DNA from: an uncultured Actinomycetota bacterium
Lineage (GTDB): Bacteria; Actinomycetota; Actinomycetes; JAHEKZ01
Direction of reading: 5' to 3'
DNA: 64,000 nucleotides
Assembly (NCBI GenBank): GCA_963743915.1
Contig: CAVURN010000001.1
Coordinates: 768,001-832,000, forward strand
The translations under genes and the position numbers were made by a program. Under the pieces are notes generated by a model that made no database searches, was not told where the DNA came from, and was given only the letters and a program-made list of their open reading frames with translations. How positions within the stretch are numbered: the first letter of the stretch is position 1; every line of letters starts with the position of its first letter. Shown in pieces: positions 11,177 through 23,694 of this stretch.

Positions 11177-11297
11177 CCCCTTCCGCTACGCCAGACCGCC
11201 ACGGTCACGCCGCAGGACGGGGCATCGTGGCGCCCCGGCGTTGATTTCGGGGCGGACGCCAGACGCGGCTTGCGCGCGGAGCGGCAATACTGGCCCC

Positions 11298-12482
11298 ATG
11301 AGCACAGGCTCCACCAGCATCGGGCTGGGCATCCCCGCGCCCCCTCCCCGGCCACTCGCCGAGCGTCGGCCGACCCGGCAGATCCTCCTGAACCACCCCA
11401 CGCATCCCGTTGCCGTGGGCAGTGAGGCGCCCGTCTCCGTCCAGTCGATGACCACGACCGTCACGGCGGATGTCAACGCCACCCTCCAGCAGATCGCCGA
11501 GCTCACCGCCTCCGGCTGCGAGGTGGTGCGGGTCGCCTGCCCCAGTCAGGACGACGCCGACGCCCTGGCGACGATCGCCCGCAAGTCGCAGATCCCGGTG
11601 ATCGCGGACATCCACTTCCAGCCGCGCTACGTCTTCGCCGCGATCGACGCAGGATGTGCGGGGGTGCGCGTCAACCCCGGCAACATCAAGCAGTTCGACG
11701 ACAGGGTGGGGGAGATCGCCAAGGCTGCCGGCGACGCCCGGGTGCCCATTCGGATCGGCGTGAACGCCGGATCGTTGGATCCGCGGCTGCTCGCCAAGCA
11801 CGGCAAGGCGACGCCGGAGGCGCTCGTCGAGTCGGCGCTGTGGGAGTGCTCGTTGTTCGAGGAGCACGGGTTCCGCGACATCAAGATCTCCGTCAAGCAC
11901 CACGATCCGGTGGTGATGGTCTCCGCCTACCGTCAGCTGGCGGAGCAGTGCGACTACCCGTTGCACCTCGGCGTCACCGAGGCGGGACCGGCGTTTCAGG
12001 GCACGGTGAAGTCCGCTGTCGCCTTCGGGGCCCTGCTCGCCGAGGGCATCGGGGACACGATTCGCGTCTCGCTGAGCGCACCGCCCGTCGAGGAGGTCAA
12101 GGTCGGCATCGCCATCCTCGAGTCGCTGGGGCTCCGGCAGCGCGGTCTCGAGATCGTCTCGTGCCCCAGCTGCGGACGCGCCCAGGTCGACGTCTACACG
12201 CTGGCCGAGCAGGTGACCGCGGGGCTCGAGGGGCTGAACGTGCCGCTGCGAGTGGCGGTCATGGGCTGCGTGGTCAACGGTCCCGGCGAGGCGCGCGAGG
12301 CAGACCTGGGCGTGGCGTCGGGCAACGGCAAGGGCCAGATCTTCGTGAAGGGCGAGGTCATCAAGACGGTGGCCGAGGCAGAGATCGTGGAGACCCTGAT
12401 CGAGGAGGCCCTGCGGCTCGCCGACGCGATGGGCGTCGACCCCGAGAGCGGCGAAGCCGCACCAGAGGTGGTCGTCGGATGA
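11298..12482 (+). CDS. ispG: (E)-4-hydroxy-3-methylbut-2-enyl-diphosphate synthase
   Basis: [44 protein letters not shown]. Confidence 0.97.
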   Translation: MSTGSTSIGLGIPAPPPRPLAERRPTRQILLNHPTHPVAVGSEAPVSVQSMTTTVTADVNATLQQIAELTASGCEVVRVACPSQDDADALATIARKSQIPVIADIHFQPRYVFAAIDAGCAGVRVNPGNIKQFDDRVGEIAKAAGDARVPIRIGVNAGSLDPRLLAKHGKATPEALVESALWECSLFEEHGFRDIKISVKHHDPVVMVSAYRQLAEQCDYPLHLGVTEAGPAFQGTVKSAVAFGALLAEGIGDTIRVSLSAPPVEEVKVGIAILESLGLRQRGLEIVSCPSCGRAQVDVYTLAEQVTAGLEGLNVPLRVAVMGCVVNGPGEAREADLGVASGNGKGQIFVKGEVIKTVAEAEIVETLIEEALRLADAMGVDPESGEAAPEVVVG

Positions 12483-12489
12483 GCAGCCG

Positions 12490-13365
12490 GTGACGACGCA
12501 GGCGGAGCAGACCGATCGCGGAGCCGCCGCGCCGTCCCTCCGCGTCCTCGGCGCCGGTGACCTTCCTGCGGCTCTGGACCACCTGTCCCGTGACCCCGTC
12601 GCGAACGTCTTCGTGATGTCGCGGATCGAGGCAGCGCTGCAGCAGCCATGGCGGCTCGGAGGCGAGCTGTGGGGATTCGGACGGGGACGCAGCTGGTCCG
12701 GGCTCTGCTACTCCGGTGCCAACCTGGTGCCCGACGCCGGGTCCGACGATTCCGCGCTGGCGGCGTTCGCCGACCGCGCCCGGCGGCGTGGTCGGCGCTG
12801 CTCGTCGATCGTCGGCCCGCGCCACCAGGTGCTGACCCTGTGGAGCGACCTGGTCGACGTGTGGGGTCCGGGGCGCGAGGTGCGCGACGACCAGCCCCTG
12901 ATGGCCATCGAACAAGACCCCCGGGTCGAGCCCGATCCTCTCGTCCGACCGGTGCGCGACGACGAGCTGGACGTGCTCCTGCCCGCGTGCATCGAGATGT
13001 TCACCGAGGAGGTGGGCGTCTCGCCGATCGGCGCCGGTGACGCAGCGCTGTACCGGGCGCGCGTCCGCGAGCTCGTGGTCGGCGGCCGCGCACTGGCCCG
13101 GATCGACAAGGGTCGGGTGGTCTTCAAGGCCGAGCTCGGCTCGGTCTCGTCGCGGGTGTGCCAGGTGCAGGGGGTCTGGGTGCACCCGGACCTGCGCGGT
13201 CAGGGACTCGCCGCGGCCGGGATGGCCACCGTCGTCGACCACGCCCGGCGGCGTTTCGTGCCCAGCGTGAGCCTCTACGTCAACGGGTACAACGTGCCCG
13301 CTCGACGCACCTACGAGCGCGTCGGGTTCGAGCGGGTCGGCACCTTCGCCACCGTGCTGTTCTAG
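12490..13365 (+). CDS. GNAT acetyltransferase (DUF4081-type, conserved downstream of ispG)
   Basis: LCYSGANLVP, VQGVWVHPDLRGQGLA, LYVNGYNVPARRTYERVGF. Confidence 0.88.
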   Translation: MTTQAEQTDRGAAAPSLRVLGAGDLPAALDHLSRDPVANVFVMSRIEAALQQPWRLGGELWGFGRGRSWSGLCYSGANLVPDAGSDDSALAAFADRARRRGRRCSSIVGPRHQVLTLWSDLVDVWGPGREVRDDQPLMAIEQDPRVEPDPLVRPVRDDELDVLLPACIEMFTEEVGVSPIGAGDAALYRARVRELVVGGRALARIDKGRVVFKAELGSVSSRVCQVQGVWVHPDLRGQGLAAAGMATVVDHARRRFVPSVSLYVNGYNVPARRTYERVGFERVGTFATVLF

Positions 13366-13429
13366 CTGGGCTGTTGCCTCGCATCGTCCAGTTCACTCGG
13401 TTGTCGACTGCGGGCGTAGCGTGCTCGGA

Positions 13430-13909
13430 GTGATGATCAGCCTTCGCGAGATAACAGACAGCAACACCGACGAGGTTCAGGCGCTCCGGACGCTACCGGC
13501 TCAAGGGCGGTTCGTGTCCTCGGTGGTCGACTCGCTGGCTGAGGCGGTCGAGGTCCCCCAGGCGAACCCATGGGCCAGGGCCGTATACGCCGACGAGCGG
13601 CCCGTCGGGTTCGTCATGTTGGCCTGGGACGTCGACCGTCAAGCTGCCGGCATCATCGGCCCGTGGTTTCTGTGGAAGTTGCTCATCGACCATCGTCACC
13701 AAGGCCTCGGATACGGCAGAGAGGTCGTGCGACAGGTCGCGGAAATCGTTCGAAGCCAAGGTGCTACGGAGCTGGTCACGAGCTACGGGCTGGGCGAGGG
13801 CAGTCCAGCAGGCTTCTACGAACTGCTCGGTTTCGTGCCAACGGGAGCCGTCCACGCGGACGAGGTCCTGGCGAGCCTGCCGCTGGATGGAGCAGCCGGA
13901 GAGCACTGA
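13430..13909 (+). CDS. GNAT N-acetyltransferase (spermidine/diamine acetyltransferase-like)
   Basis: LWKLLIDHRHQGLGYG acetyl-CoA motif, GFYELLGF; start 7 nt after TAGCGT. Confidence 0.8.
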   Translation: MMISLREITDSNTDEVQALRTLPAQGRFVSSVVDSLAEAVEVPQANPWARAVYADERPVGFVMLAWDVDRQAAGIIGPWFLWKLLIDHRHQGLGYGREVVRQVAEIVRSQGATELVTSYGLGEGSPAGFYELLGFVPTGAVHADEVLASLPLDGAAGEH

Positions 13910-13917
13910 TCAAGGGC

Positions 13918-14421
13918 TCAGCGCGCTGCGTAGCGGATCGTCGCGAAGGGCCAGTCGGCGGCGAGCCAGTCGCTGACCACGCGCCACAGGTGGGCATCGA
14001 GGTCGGCGTGGGTCGCCCGGACCCAGGAGCGGACTTCGGCGTCGACCTGGGGATCCTTGCTTGGGTAGATGTAGACGCAGCCGATGACGTCGTCGTCGGC
14101 GGTGCTGCGCACGGTGTAGGTGAAGCCAAGGCGACGGTCGAAGTGGTCGGCGTGCATCGCGAGGTCTCCCGCGTTCTCCGCCAGAGACATGGGATGCGGC
14201 CATGACGACTGCTCGAAGCCAGGTGTGGCCTGGATGTGCTCCATCGACGAGCTCCACGCGGCGTAGTCCGCGTCGTTGTGCTGCACACCCAGGGGCTCGA
14301 GCCACAGGCTCGTGGTCCGCGGCGGCGGGGGAGGGGTGAATGCGTCCGGGACGAAGGGTCGACCGTGCGCAGGACGCGGATCGGGGCGTTCGTCGATATC
14401 GGGTGTCTCACCATCGGCCAT
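13918..14421 (-). CDS. GNAT-like N-acetyltransferase family protein
   Basis: C-terminal part of ORF 13918..16242: LEPLGVQHNDADYAAW...DLAMHADHF...GFTYTV...IGCVYIYP...SWVRA; ATG 14421 lies 7 nt after TACTCT. Confidence 0.7.
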   Translation of the reverse strand: MADGETPDIDERPDPRPAHGRPFVPDAFTPPPPPRTTSLWLEPLGVQHNDADYAAWSSSMEHIQATPGFEQSSWPHPMSLAENAGDLAMHADHFDRRLGFTYTVRSTADDDVIGCVYIYPSKDPQVDAEVRSWVRATHADLDAHLWRVVSDWLAADWPFATIRYAAR

Positions 14422-14469
14422 GGATGGGAGAGTAGGGGCTCGCGCCCCTGATCTGTCGAGGAGTTTCCT

Positions 14470-16236
14470 GTGCTGCTGCGGATGTCGACGCTGTTCCTGC
14501 GCACGCTGCGTGAGGATCCGGCCGACGCAGAGGTGCCGAGCCACCGGTTGCTCGTGCGGGCCGGCTACGTGCGACGGGCAGCCCCCGGGATCTACTCGTG
14601 GCTGCCGCTGGGGTACCTGGTGCTGCGCAACATCGAGCGCATCGTCCGCGAGGAGATGGACGCCATCGGCGCCCAGGAGGTGCACTTCCCGGCCCTCCTG
14701 CCGCGTGAGCCCTACGAGGCCAGCAACCGCTGGACCGACTACGGCGACAACATCTTCCGGCTCAAGGACCGCAAGGAGGCCGACTACCTGCTGGGCCCCA
14801 CCCACGAGGAGATGTTCACCCTGCTGGTGAAGGACCTCTACTCGTCCTACAAGGACCTCCCGGTCTGGCTGTACCAGATCCAGACCAAGTACCGCGACGA
14901 GCCGCGTCCGCGCGCCGGGATCCTCCGGGGACGCGAGTTCGTGATGAAGGACTCGTACTCGTTCGACGTCACGGACGAGTCGTTCGCGCGCTCCTACCAG
15001 GCTCACCGCGACGCATACGTCCGCATCTTCGACCGCTTCGGGTTCGACTACGTCATCGTCGAGGCGATGACCGGAGCGATGGGAGGGTCGGCCAGCGAGG
15101 AGTTCCTCGCCACCGCCGAGAACGGCGAGGACACCTACGTCCGCTGCACGACGTGCGACTACGCGGCGAACGTCGAGGCCGTCCAGGTCCGTCCCACCGC
15201 GCCGATCCCGTTCGACGGCCTTCCCGCCGCACACGTCGAGGACACACCCGACACGCCCACGATCGACACGCTCGTCACGCACCTGAACGCCGCGTTCCCG
15301 CGCGGCGACCGTCCGTGGCAGGCCTCGGACACCCTCAAGAACGTCGTCGTCATGCTCGCGCACCCCGACGGTCGACGCGAGCCGCTCGCCATCGGCATCC
15401 CGGGTGATCGCGAGGTGGACGAGAAGCGGCTGCAGGCCCAGGTCGAGCCTGCTGAGCTGACGGCCTTCACCGAGGCGGACTTCGCGGCGAACCCCGCGCT
15501 GCGCAAGGGGTACATCGGGCCAGGTGCGTTGGGCCTCGAGAACGCGTCCGGCATCCGGTTCCTCGTCGACCCCCGCGTGGTCGACGGCACGGCGTGGGTC
15601 ACCGGTGCGGACGAGGACGGACGCCACGTGCTCGACCTCGTGGCCGGTCGCGACTTTGTCGCCGACGGGGTGATCGAGGCAGCCGAGGTGCGGGCCGGCG
15701 ACCTTTGCCCGCGCGACGGTGGAGCACTCGAGACCGCCCGCGGCATCGAGATGGGGCACATCTTCCAGCTCGGACGGCGGTTCGCCGAGGCGCTGGACCT
15801 CCGCGTCCTCGACGAGAACGGCAAGCTCGTCACCGTGACGATGGGCTCCTACGGCGTCGGCATCTCGCGGGCTGTGGCGGCCATCGTCGAGAACAGCCAC
15901 GACGACATCGGCATCATCTGGCCGCGCGAGGTGGCGCCGGCCGACGTCCACCTGGTCGCGACGGGCAAGGATCCGGCGGCGTTCGCCTTCGCGGAGCAGC
16001 TCGCTGCGGAGCTTCAGGATCAGGGCGTGCGGGTGCTGTACGACGACCGGACCGGTGTCTCGCCGGGCGTGAAGTTCAAGGACGCCGAGCTCCTGGGGAT
16101 GCCGACGATCGTGGTGGTCGGCAAGAACCTCGCCGACGGCGTGATCGAGGTGCGGGACCGCCGTTCCGGTACCCGGCGCGACGTGCCGGTGGCCGATGCC
16201 GCGAGCGCACTGCTCGCCGAGTGCGCAGCTGGGTGA
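14470..16236 (+). CDS. proS: Proline--tRNA ligase
   Basis: [48 protein letters not shown]. Confidence 0.98.
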   Translation: MLLRMSTLFLRTLREDPADAEVPSHRLLVRAGYVRRAAPGIYSWLPLGYLVLRNIERIVREEMDAIGAQEVHFPALLPREPYEASNRWTDYGDNIFRLKDRKEADYLLGPTHEEMFTLLVKDLYSSYKDLPVWLYQIQTKYRDEPRPRAGILRGREFVMKDSYSFDVTDESFARSYQAHRDAYVRIFDRFGFDYVIVEAMTGAMGGSASEEFLATAENGEDTYVRCTTCDYAANVEAVQVRPTAPIPFDGLPAAHVEDTPDTPTIDTLVTHLNAAFPRGDRPWQASDTLKNVVVMLAHPDGRREPLAIGIPGDREVDEKRLQAQVEPAELTAFTEADFAANPALRKGYIGPGALGLENASGIRFLVDPRVVDGTAWVTGADEDGRHVLDLVAGRDFVADGVIEAAEVRAGDLCPRDGGALETARGIEMGHIFQLGRRFAEALDLRVLDENGKLVTVTMGSYGVGISRAVAAIVENSHDDIGIIWPREVAPADVHLVATGKDPAAFAFAEQLAAELQDQGVRVLYDDRTGVSPGVKFKDAELLGMPTIVVVGKNLADGVIEVRDRRSGTRRDVPVADAASALLAECAAG

Positions 16237-16290
16237 CACCAAAGCCCGCCGAGTGCGGTGCTGATGGACGTCCTGGGGCGCCGAGTGTGA
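16215..16290 (+). repeat. Three tandem units with a 32-bp period, each starting CGCCGAGTG
   Basis: Unit starts at 16215, 16247 and 16279; related to the reverse-strand copies at 48630-48697. Confidence 0.8.
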
Positions 16291-16327
16291 CGTCGGCAGG
16301 CAGTTTCGCCCGCCGACGTCACACTCG
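16282..16327. repeat. Perfect 16-bp inverted repeat (REP-like hairpin or bidirectional terminator)
   Basis: CGAGTGTGACGTCGGC (16282-16297) / GCCGACGTCACACTCG (16312-16327). Confidence 0.85.
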
Positions 16328-16382
16328 ACACCACAAACCGTCCCTCAGGGGAATGCTGGGCGTGCTCTCACGTCCCCGCGCC

Positions 16383-16453
16383 GTCGAGTGAAGCGATACT
16401 CACGCCTTTCGGCGTCCGGAGCCCGTGGAATGGTGAGTATCGTTTCAATGGAC
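16383..16453. repeat. Second REP-like long hairpin
   Basis: TGAAGCGATACTCAC (16389-16403) / GTGAGTATCGTTTCA (16433-16447), 14/15 paired. Confidence 0.7.
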
Positions 16454-16539
16454 AGCTGAGGCCGGCTGCGCAGGAAGCCGGGTGCGCAGGGCCCGACGCA
16501 GCGGAGTAGCAGCCAGCCACGCATGCGGCGGACTGTGTC

Positions 16540-16944
16540 TCAGGTGTCGAGGCCGGGCAGTGGTGCCACGCTGCCGTCCCAGGCCTGGGCGCGCACCGTG
16601 CTCTCGCGGAGCCACCCGGCTCCGGTGAGTCGGGTCCTGCGGTCGTCGGAACCGGCGAGGGCGACATAGGCCGGCCAGCAGGCTGCCTCCAGAGCCGCGG
16701 CCGTCTCAGCCGCGGCGTCGGGGTCGGCGGGCATGGCGATGTCATAGGCAGGGGCCGAGGCCTCCGGTACGCCGCCCAGTGCCACGACGGCGTCGATGCA
16801 CCACGTGCGGCGCTGTCGGTGCACGACCAGAGCCGACGCCGCCCCCTCGGCGAGGTCGTTCGTCGCCCCCACCAGCCCGTACCCATAGATCGCCGCGTGC
16901 TCGGCACCGAGCACCTGCTGCCACAGCGTGAGGTCGTCACTCAT
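16540..16944 (-). CDS. Ferritin-like DUF4439 protein
   Basis: EHAAIYGYG...HRQRR...PAY...LE...W...PLPGL; usual actinobacterial neighbour of rimP. Confidence 0.85.
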   Translation of the reverse strand: MSDDLTLWQQVLGAEHAAIYGYGLVGATNDLAEGAASALVVHRQRRTWCIDAVVALGGVPEASAPAYDIAMPADPDAAAETAAALEAACWPAYVALAGSDDRRTRLTGAGWLRESTVRAQAWDGSVAPLPGLDT

Positions 16945-17414
16945 CGCGTGCCGCGGACCAGTGCAGCGAGGGCCGCGTCGGACGCGGCGAGTGAGGCGAG
17001 CAGCGGACTGATCGCCGGAGACGCCTGGCGCAGGGCGGCCGTGTGGCTGTCGACCGCGGCATCGGTCGCCTCGAGGAGGTCGACCAGGTCGGCGGGCCCC
17101 GCCGTCGACGGAGAGGAGGAAACGGAGGGAGACGGCGTCGACTCGCCGAGCGCCGTTCGCAGCACCTCCAGGTGGACTCCGACGACGCCGGTCGCCTCGA
17201 CTGTGACCGCCCGCTGGGGATCAGTGGGCAGAGCAGCCACGACGTCGCTCAGCTGCTCCTCCACGACCAGTGCGTTCTCCAGCGCCACGCGGTCCGGGTC
17301 CGGCGGTGGCGGCGACGTCTCCTCGGTGCACCCTGCGACGATCAGCAGCAGGCCGGCCGGCACCCCCGTCCCCGCCAGGCGCAGCAAGGCGCGGCGAGGG
17401 AGCGGAGTGGACAT
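16941..17414 (-). CDS. Putative Tat-exported lipoprotein
   Basis: MSTPLPRRALL...IVAGC (twin-Arg plus lipobox); C-terminal LLASLAASDA; ATGA overlap with DUF4439. Confidence 0.7.
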   Translation of the reverse strand: MSTPLPRRALLRLAGTGVPAGLLLIVAGCTEETSPPPPDPDRVALENALVVEEQLSDVVAALPTDPQRAVTVEATGVVGVHLEVLRTALGESTPSPSVSSSPSTAGPADLVDLLEATDAAVDSHTAALRQASPAISPLLASLAASDAALAALVRGTR

Positions 17415-17513
17415 GGTGGCCAGCATTCCACGCCGATCGGGCCGCTCAGTCGCGCGGGATAGGGTGATCGGACAACCAGGCACCACACAACAGGAGAAGT
17501 CGCGGAGGTCGCC

Positions 17514-18014
17514 ATGTCCGCTGTCGCCGACCGCGTCGAGCGCACGCTCATCCCGGTGGTCGCCGCCGAGGGGTTCGACCTCGAAGCCGTCGACGTCCAG
17601 CCGGCCGGACGCCGCCGGCTCGTGCGGGTGCTCGTCGACTGCGACGGTGGCGTGACGCTCGACCACATCGCGAAGCTCACACCCGTCCTGTCGCAGGCTC
17701 TCGACGACGCGGACGCCATGGGGGAGCAGCCCTACGTGCTCGAGGTCTCGTCGCCGGGCGTCGACCGCCCCCTCACCCTGCCGCGCCACTGGCGTCGCAA
17801 CGCAGGGCGTCTGGTCACCCTCACCCTGCACGAAGGCGCACCCGTCAGCGGCCGGATCGGCGACAGCGACGACCGTTCGGTGACGGTCCTGCCCACAGAT
17901 GCGTCGGGGGCGCCGATCACCCTGGCCTACGACGCCATCGCATCTGCCCACATCGAGGTGGAGTTCGGCCACCCGACGTCGACCGCGGTCGACGGCCCTG
18001 GGGATGACGTGTGA
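17514..18014 (+). CDS. rimP: Ribosome maturation factor RimP
   Basis: [14 protein letters not shown]; upstream of nusA. Confidence 0.95.
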   Translation: MSAVADRVERTLIPVVAAEGFDLEAVDVQPAGRRRLVRVLVDCDGGVTLDHIAKLTPVLSQALDDADAMGEQPYVLEVSSPGVDRPLTLPRHWRRNAGRLVTLTLHEGAPVSGRIGDSDDRSVTVLPTDASGAPITLAYDAIASAHIEVEFGHPTSTAVDGPGDDV

Positions 18015-19081
18015 TGGACATCGACATGAGTGCGCTGCGCTCCCTGGTCAACGAGCGCGAGATCCCGCTCGACGTGGTGGTCGAGGCCATCGAGCGCGCG
18101 CTCGAGACCGCCTACCACCACACGCCAGGCGCACACCCGCACGCGCGCGTCGCGCTGGACCGCACCAGTGGCCACGTCACCGTCTTCGCGGCCGAGACCG
18201 ACGATGAGGGCACCGTGCTGCGCGAGTGGGACGACACCCCCGAGGGGTTCGGGCGGGTGGCCGCGACCACGGCGCGTCAGGTGATCCTGCAGCGTCTGCG
18301 CGACGCCGAGGACGAAGCGACCTTCGGCGCGTGGTCGGGGCGTGAGGGCGACCTGGTGTCCGGAGTCATCCAGCAGGGGCCCGACCCGCAGACCGTGCTG
18401 GTGGACCTCGGGCCGCTCGAGGCTCAGCTGCCCGCGGCAGAGCAGGTGCCGGGGGAGACGTACGCGCACGGCGAACGGCTGCGCTGCTTCGTCGTCGGTG
18501 TCCGCAAGGGTGCGCGGGGGCCGATCGTCACGGTGTCGCGCACCCACCCCTCGTTGGTGAAGCGCCTCTTCGAGCTCGAGGTGCCGGAGATCGCCGACGG
18601 CTCGGTCGAGATCGCGGCCATCGCCCGCGAGGCCGGCCACCGCACCAAGATCGCGGTGCGTTCGCACCGGTCTGGGCTCGGGGCCAAGGGCGCCTGCATC
18701 GGCCCGATGGGCGCACGCGTGCGGGCCGTGATGGCCGACCTGCACGGCGAGAAGATCGACATCGTCGACTGGTCCGCCGACCCCGCCGAGTTCGTGGGCC
18801 ATGCACTGTCACCGGCGCGGGTCACCTCGGTCACCGTGGTCGACGCCGACACCAGGGCGGCCCGCGTGGTGGTCCCCGACTATCAGCTCTCCCTCGCCAT
18901 CGGTCGCGAGGGTCAGAACGCGCGGCTCGCCGCCCGGCTCACCGGCTGGCGCATCGACATCGTGCCGGACACCGCGTCGGACGAACCTGCGGACGGCGCG
19001 TCTGAGGGGACCGCGGACGCGGCGGCGGCAGACCCCCGGGGCGGGGCGTCGGCCGAGTCGTCGGCCGGGTCGACCCAGTGA
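18014..19081 (+). CDS. nusA: Transcription termination/antitermination factor NusA
   Basis: [47 protein letters not shown]. Confidence 0.97.
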   Translation: MDIDMSALRSLVNEREIPLDVVVEAIERALETAYHHTPGAHPHARVALDRTSGHVTVFAAETDDEGTVLREWDDTPEGFGRVAATTARQVILQRLRDAEDEATFGAWSGREGDLVSGVIQQGPDPQTVLVDLGPLEAQLPAAEQVPGETYAHGERLRCFVVGVRKGARGPIVTVSRTHPSLVKRLFELEVPEIADGSVEIAAIAREAGHRTKIAVRSHRSGLGAKGACIGPMGARVRAVMADLHGEKIDIVDWSADPAEFVGHALSPARVTSVTVVDADTRAARVVVPDYQLSLAIGREGQNARLAARLTGWRIDIVPDTASDEPADGASEGTADAAAADPRGGASAESSAGSTQ

Positions 19082-19097
19082 CGCGGTAGACTGCTCC

Positions 19098-19457
19098 GTG
19101 GCTGACCGTCCGTCAGGCTCGACACCCGTCCGCACGTGCGTCGGTTGTCGGCTGCGGGCGCCTCAGTCCGACCTGGTGCGGGTGGTGGCCCGGCCGGGTC
19201 AGGAGGGTTCCCCCACGGGGTGGATCGCCTGGCTCGACCTGTCCCGCCGGCACCCAGGGCGAGGCGCGTATCTGCACCCCTCCCTGACCTGTCTGGACCT
19301 CGCCGAACGGCGTCGAGCGCTGCCCCGGGCCTTGCGGCTCAGCGGTGGCCTCGACCTCGACCGGCTCCGGCTCCAGATGACCAGCGTCTCCGGCGACGGG
19401 GGCCGACCGAAAGCAGGACGAGATGGCGACGAGCACGCGATGAGCGCGCAGCAATGA
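19098..19457 (+). CDS. ylxR: YlxR/RnpM-family RNA-binding protein
   Basis: PVRTCVGCR...GRGAYLHP...C; between nusA and infB. Confidence 0.85.
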   Translation: MADRPSGSTPVRTCVGCRLRAPQSDLVRVVARPGQEGSPTGWIAWLDLSRRHPGRGAYLHPSLTCLDLAERRRALPRALRLSGGLDLDRLRLQMTSVSGDGGRPKAGRDGDEHAMSAQQ

Positions 19458-19511
19458 GCATGTCGACCCCCTAGCGGTCCGGCCCAGCCCGGACCTGATG
19501 ACAGGAGAGCA

Positions 19512-22181
<2,670 letters not shown>

Positions 22182-22186
22182 TCGTG

Positions 22187-22216
22187 GACGGTGGGGGCAC
22201 ACGCGCCCCCACCGTC
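22187..22216 (+). terminator. GC-rich hairpin between infB and rbfA (terminator or processing site)
   Basis: GACGGTGGGGGC-acacgc-GCCCCCACCGTC, 12-bp stem. Confidence 0.55.
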
Positions 22217-22237
22217 TCCTCGTTCCAAGGAGCACCC

Positions 22238-22696
22238 ATGACTGACACCGATGCCCGGGCGCGCAGGCTCTCCGAGCGCATCCAGGTGATCGTCGCCGAG
22301 ACCATCGAGCGCCGGATCAAGGACCCGAGGATGGGGTTCGTCACCATCACCGACGTCCGCGTCACCGGCGATCTCCGCGAGGCCACTGTCTTCTACACCG
22401 TGCTCGGCGACCCGACCGAGCAGGAGGACTCGGCAGCTGCGCTCGAGAGCGCCAAGGGGATGCTCCGCACCGAGGTCGGTCGGCAGACCGGCATCAAGCA
22501 CACGCCGTCGCTGGCCTTCGTCGCCGACGCGATCCCCGAGACCGCACGTCACCTTGACGACCTGCTGCGTCAGGCGCAGGCCGACGACCAGCGGGTGCAC
22601 CAGCAGGCTGTCGCCGCCACCTACGCGGGCGACGCCGACCCGTACCGTCACGATGAGGACGACGAACAGGGGAACCCGGAAGAGCTGCTCGGGTGA
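22238..22696 (+). CDS. rbfA: Ribosome-binding factor A
   Basis: IKDPRMGFVTITDVRVTGDLREATVFY, HTPSLAF; AAGGAG RBS. Confidence 0.96.
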   Translation: MTDTDARARRLSERIQVIVAETIERRIKDPRMGFVTITDVRVTGDLREATVFYTVLGDPTEQEDSAAALESAKGMLRTEVGRQTGIKHTPSLAFVADAIPETARHLDDLLRQAQADDQRVHQQAVAATYAGDADPYRHDEDDEQGNPEELLG

Positions 22697-23694
22697 GCCC
22701 GATCGCCACCAGCGCGTGGGACCGGGTGGTCGACGCGGTCAACGGTGCCGCCCGTCTGCTGCTGCTCGGACACGTCAGCCCGGACGGCGACGCACTCGGC
22801 TCCGCGCTCGCCGTCGGCCTGGCCATCGAGGCGATGCCGGGTGAGCGCCACGTCGAGGTCTCGTTCGGCGACGATCCCTTCGTGGTGCCGGACAACCTGG
22901 CATGGATGCCGGGACAGCACCTGCTGGTTCCGCCCCACGAGGTGCACCCGAATCCGGACGTCGTGCTCACGTTCGACGCGAGCAGCATCGACCGACTCGG
23001 TCTGTTGCGCCAGGTGGCCGAGTCTGCGCCGCTGCTGGTCGCCGTCGACCACCACCGCAGCTACGACGACTTCGCCACGTTGCCACTCGTCGACGTCTCC
23101 GCTCCCGCGACGGCGGTCCTCGCCGACGAGCTGGTGACGCGGCTCGGCGTCCCGCTCGACCGGGACATCGCCACCTGCATCTACACCGGACTCATCACCG
23201 ACACCGGGTCCTTCCGCTATGCCGGCACCACCCCCGCCACCCACGCGCTCGCGGCGCGACTGCTGGAGACGGGCATCGCCTTCGACAAGATCGCTCGCGA
23301 GGTGTTCGACACCGTCCCCTTCGGCTACCTCGGCCTGCTCGGCACCGCGCTCGGGCGCTGCCGCCTGCTGCCGGACGCCGCGCGTGGACTCGGCGTGGTG
23401 TGGACCGTCGTCCTCGCCAAGGACCGCGCCGAGCACGACCTTGCCTTCGACCTGGTCGAGCCGATCATCGACGTCGTGCGCAAGGCCTCCGAGGCGGAGA
23501 TCGCCCTGGTGGTCAAGGAGGACGACATCGGCGACCTCCGCGTCTCCATGCGCTCCAAGGGCGCTGCTGATGTCAGTGTCGCCGCCTCCGCGTTGGGCGG
23601 TGGCGGTCATCACTACGCCGCCGGGTACACCGCGACCGGTCGCGAGGTGGACACGGTGGTCGCCGAGGTGCTCGCGGCCCTCGACGATGACTGA
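22693..23694 (+). CDS. nrnA: DHH/DHHA1 phosphoesterase (nanoRNase/pAp phosphatase)
   Basis: HVSPDGDALGS, VDHH, TDTGSF, GGGGH. Confidence 0.9.
   Translation: MSPIATSAWDRVVDAVNGAARLLLLGHVSPDGDALGSALAVGLAIEAMPGERHVEVSFGDDPFVVPDNLAWMPGQHLLVPPHEVHPNPDVVLTFDASSIDRLGLLRQVAESAPLLVAVDHHRSYDDFATLPLVDVSAPATAVLADELVTRLGVPLDRDIATCIYTGLITDTGSFRYAGTTPATHALAARLLETGIAFDKIAREVFDTVPFGYLGLLGTALGRCRLLPDAARGLGVVWTVVLAKDRAEHDLAFDLVEPIIDVVRKASEAEIALVVKEDDIGDLRVSMRSKGAADVSVAASALGGGGHHYAAGYTATGREVDTVVAEVLAALDDD

Noticed and set aside
13402-13422. Possible PafBC promoter TGTCGA-N9-TAGCGT before the GNAT
   Set aside because: Spacing is one base short of TGTCRG-N10-TA and the core is mismatched; only the -10 is retained.
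16215-16327. 32-bp units as a CRISPR or TIGR-type guide array
   Set aside because: Only 2-3 units per locus, linkers of about 11 nt, degenerate repeats, and no cas or Nop-domain gene in the window; kept as an unexplained repeat instead.
16540-17414. Tat lipoprotein plus ferritin-like pair as a novel system
   Set aside because: A commonly conserved pair divergent from rimP in Actinobacteria; uncharacterised but not special to this window.
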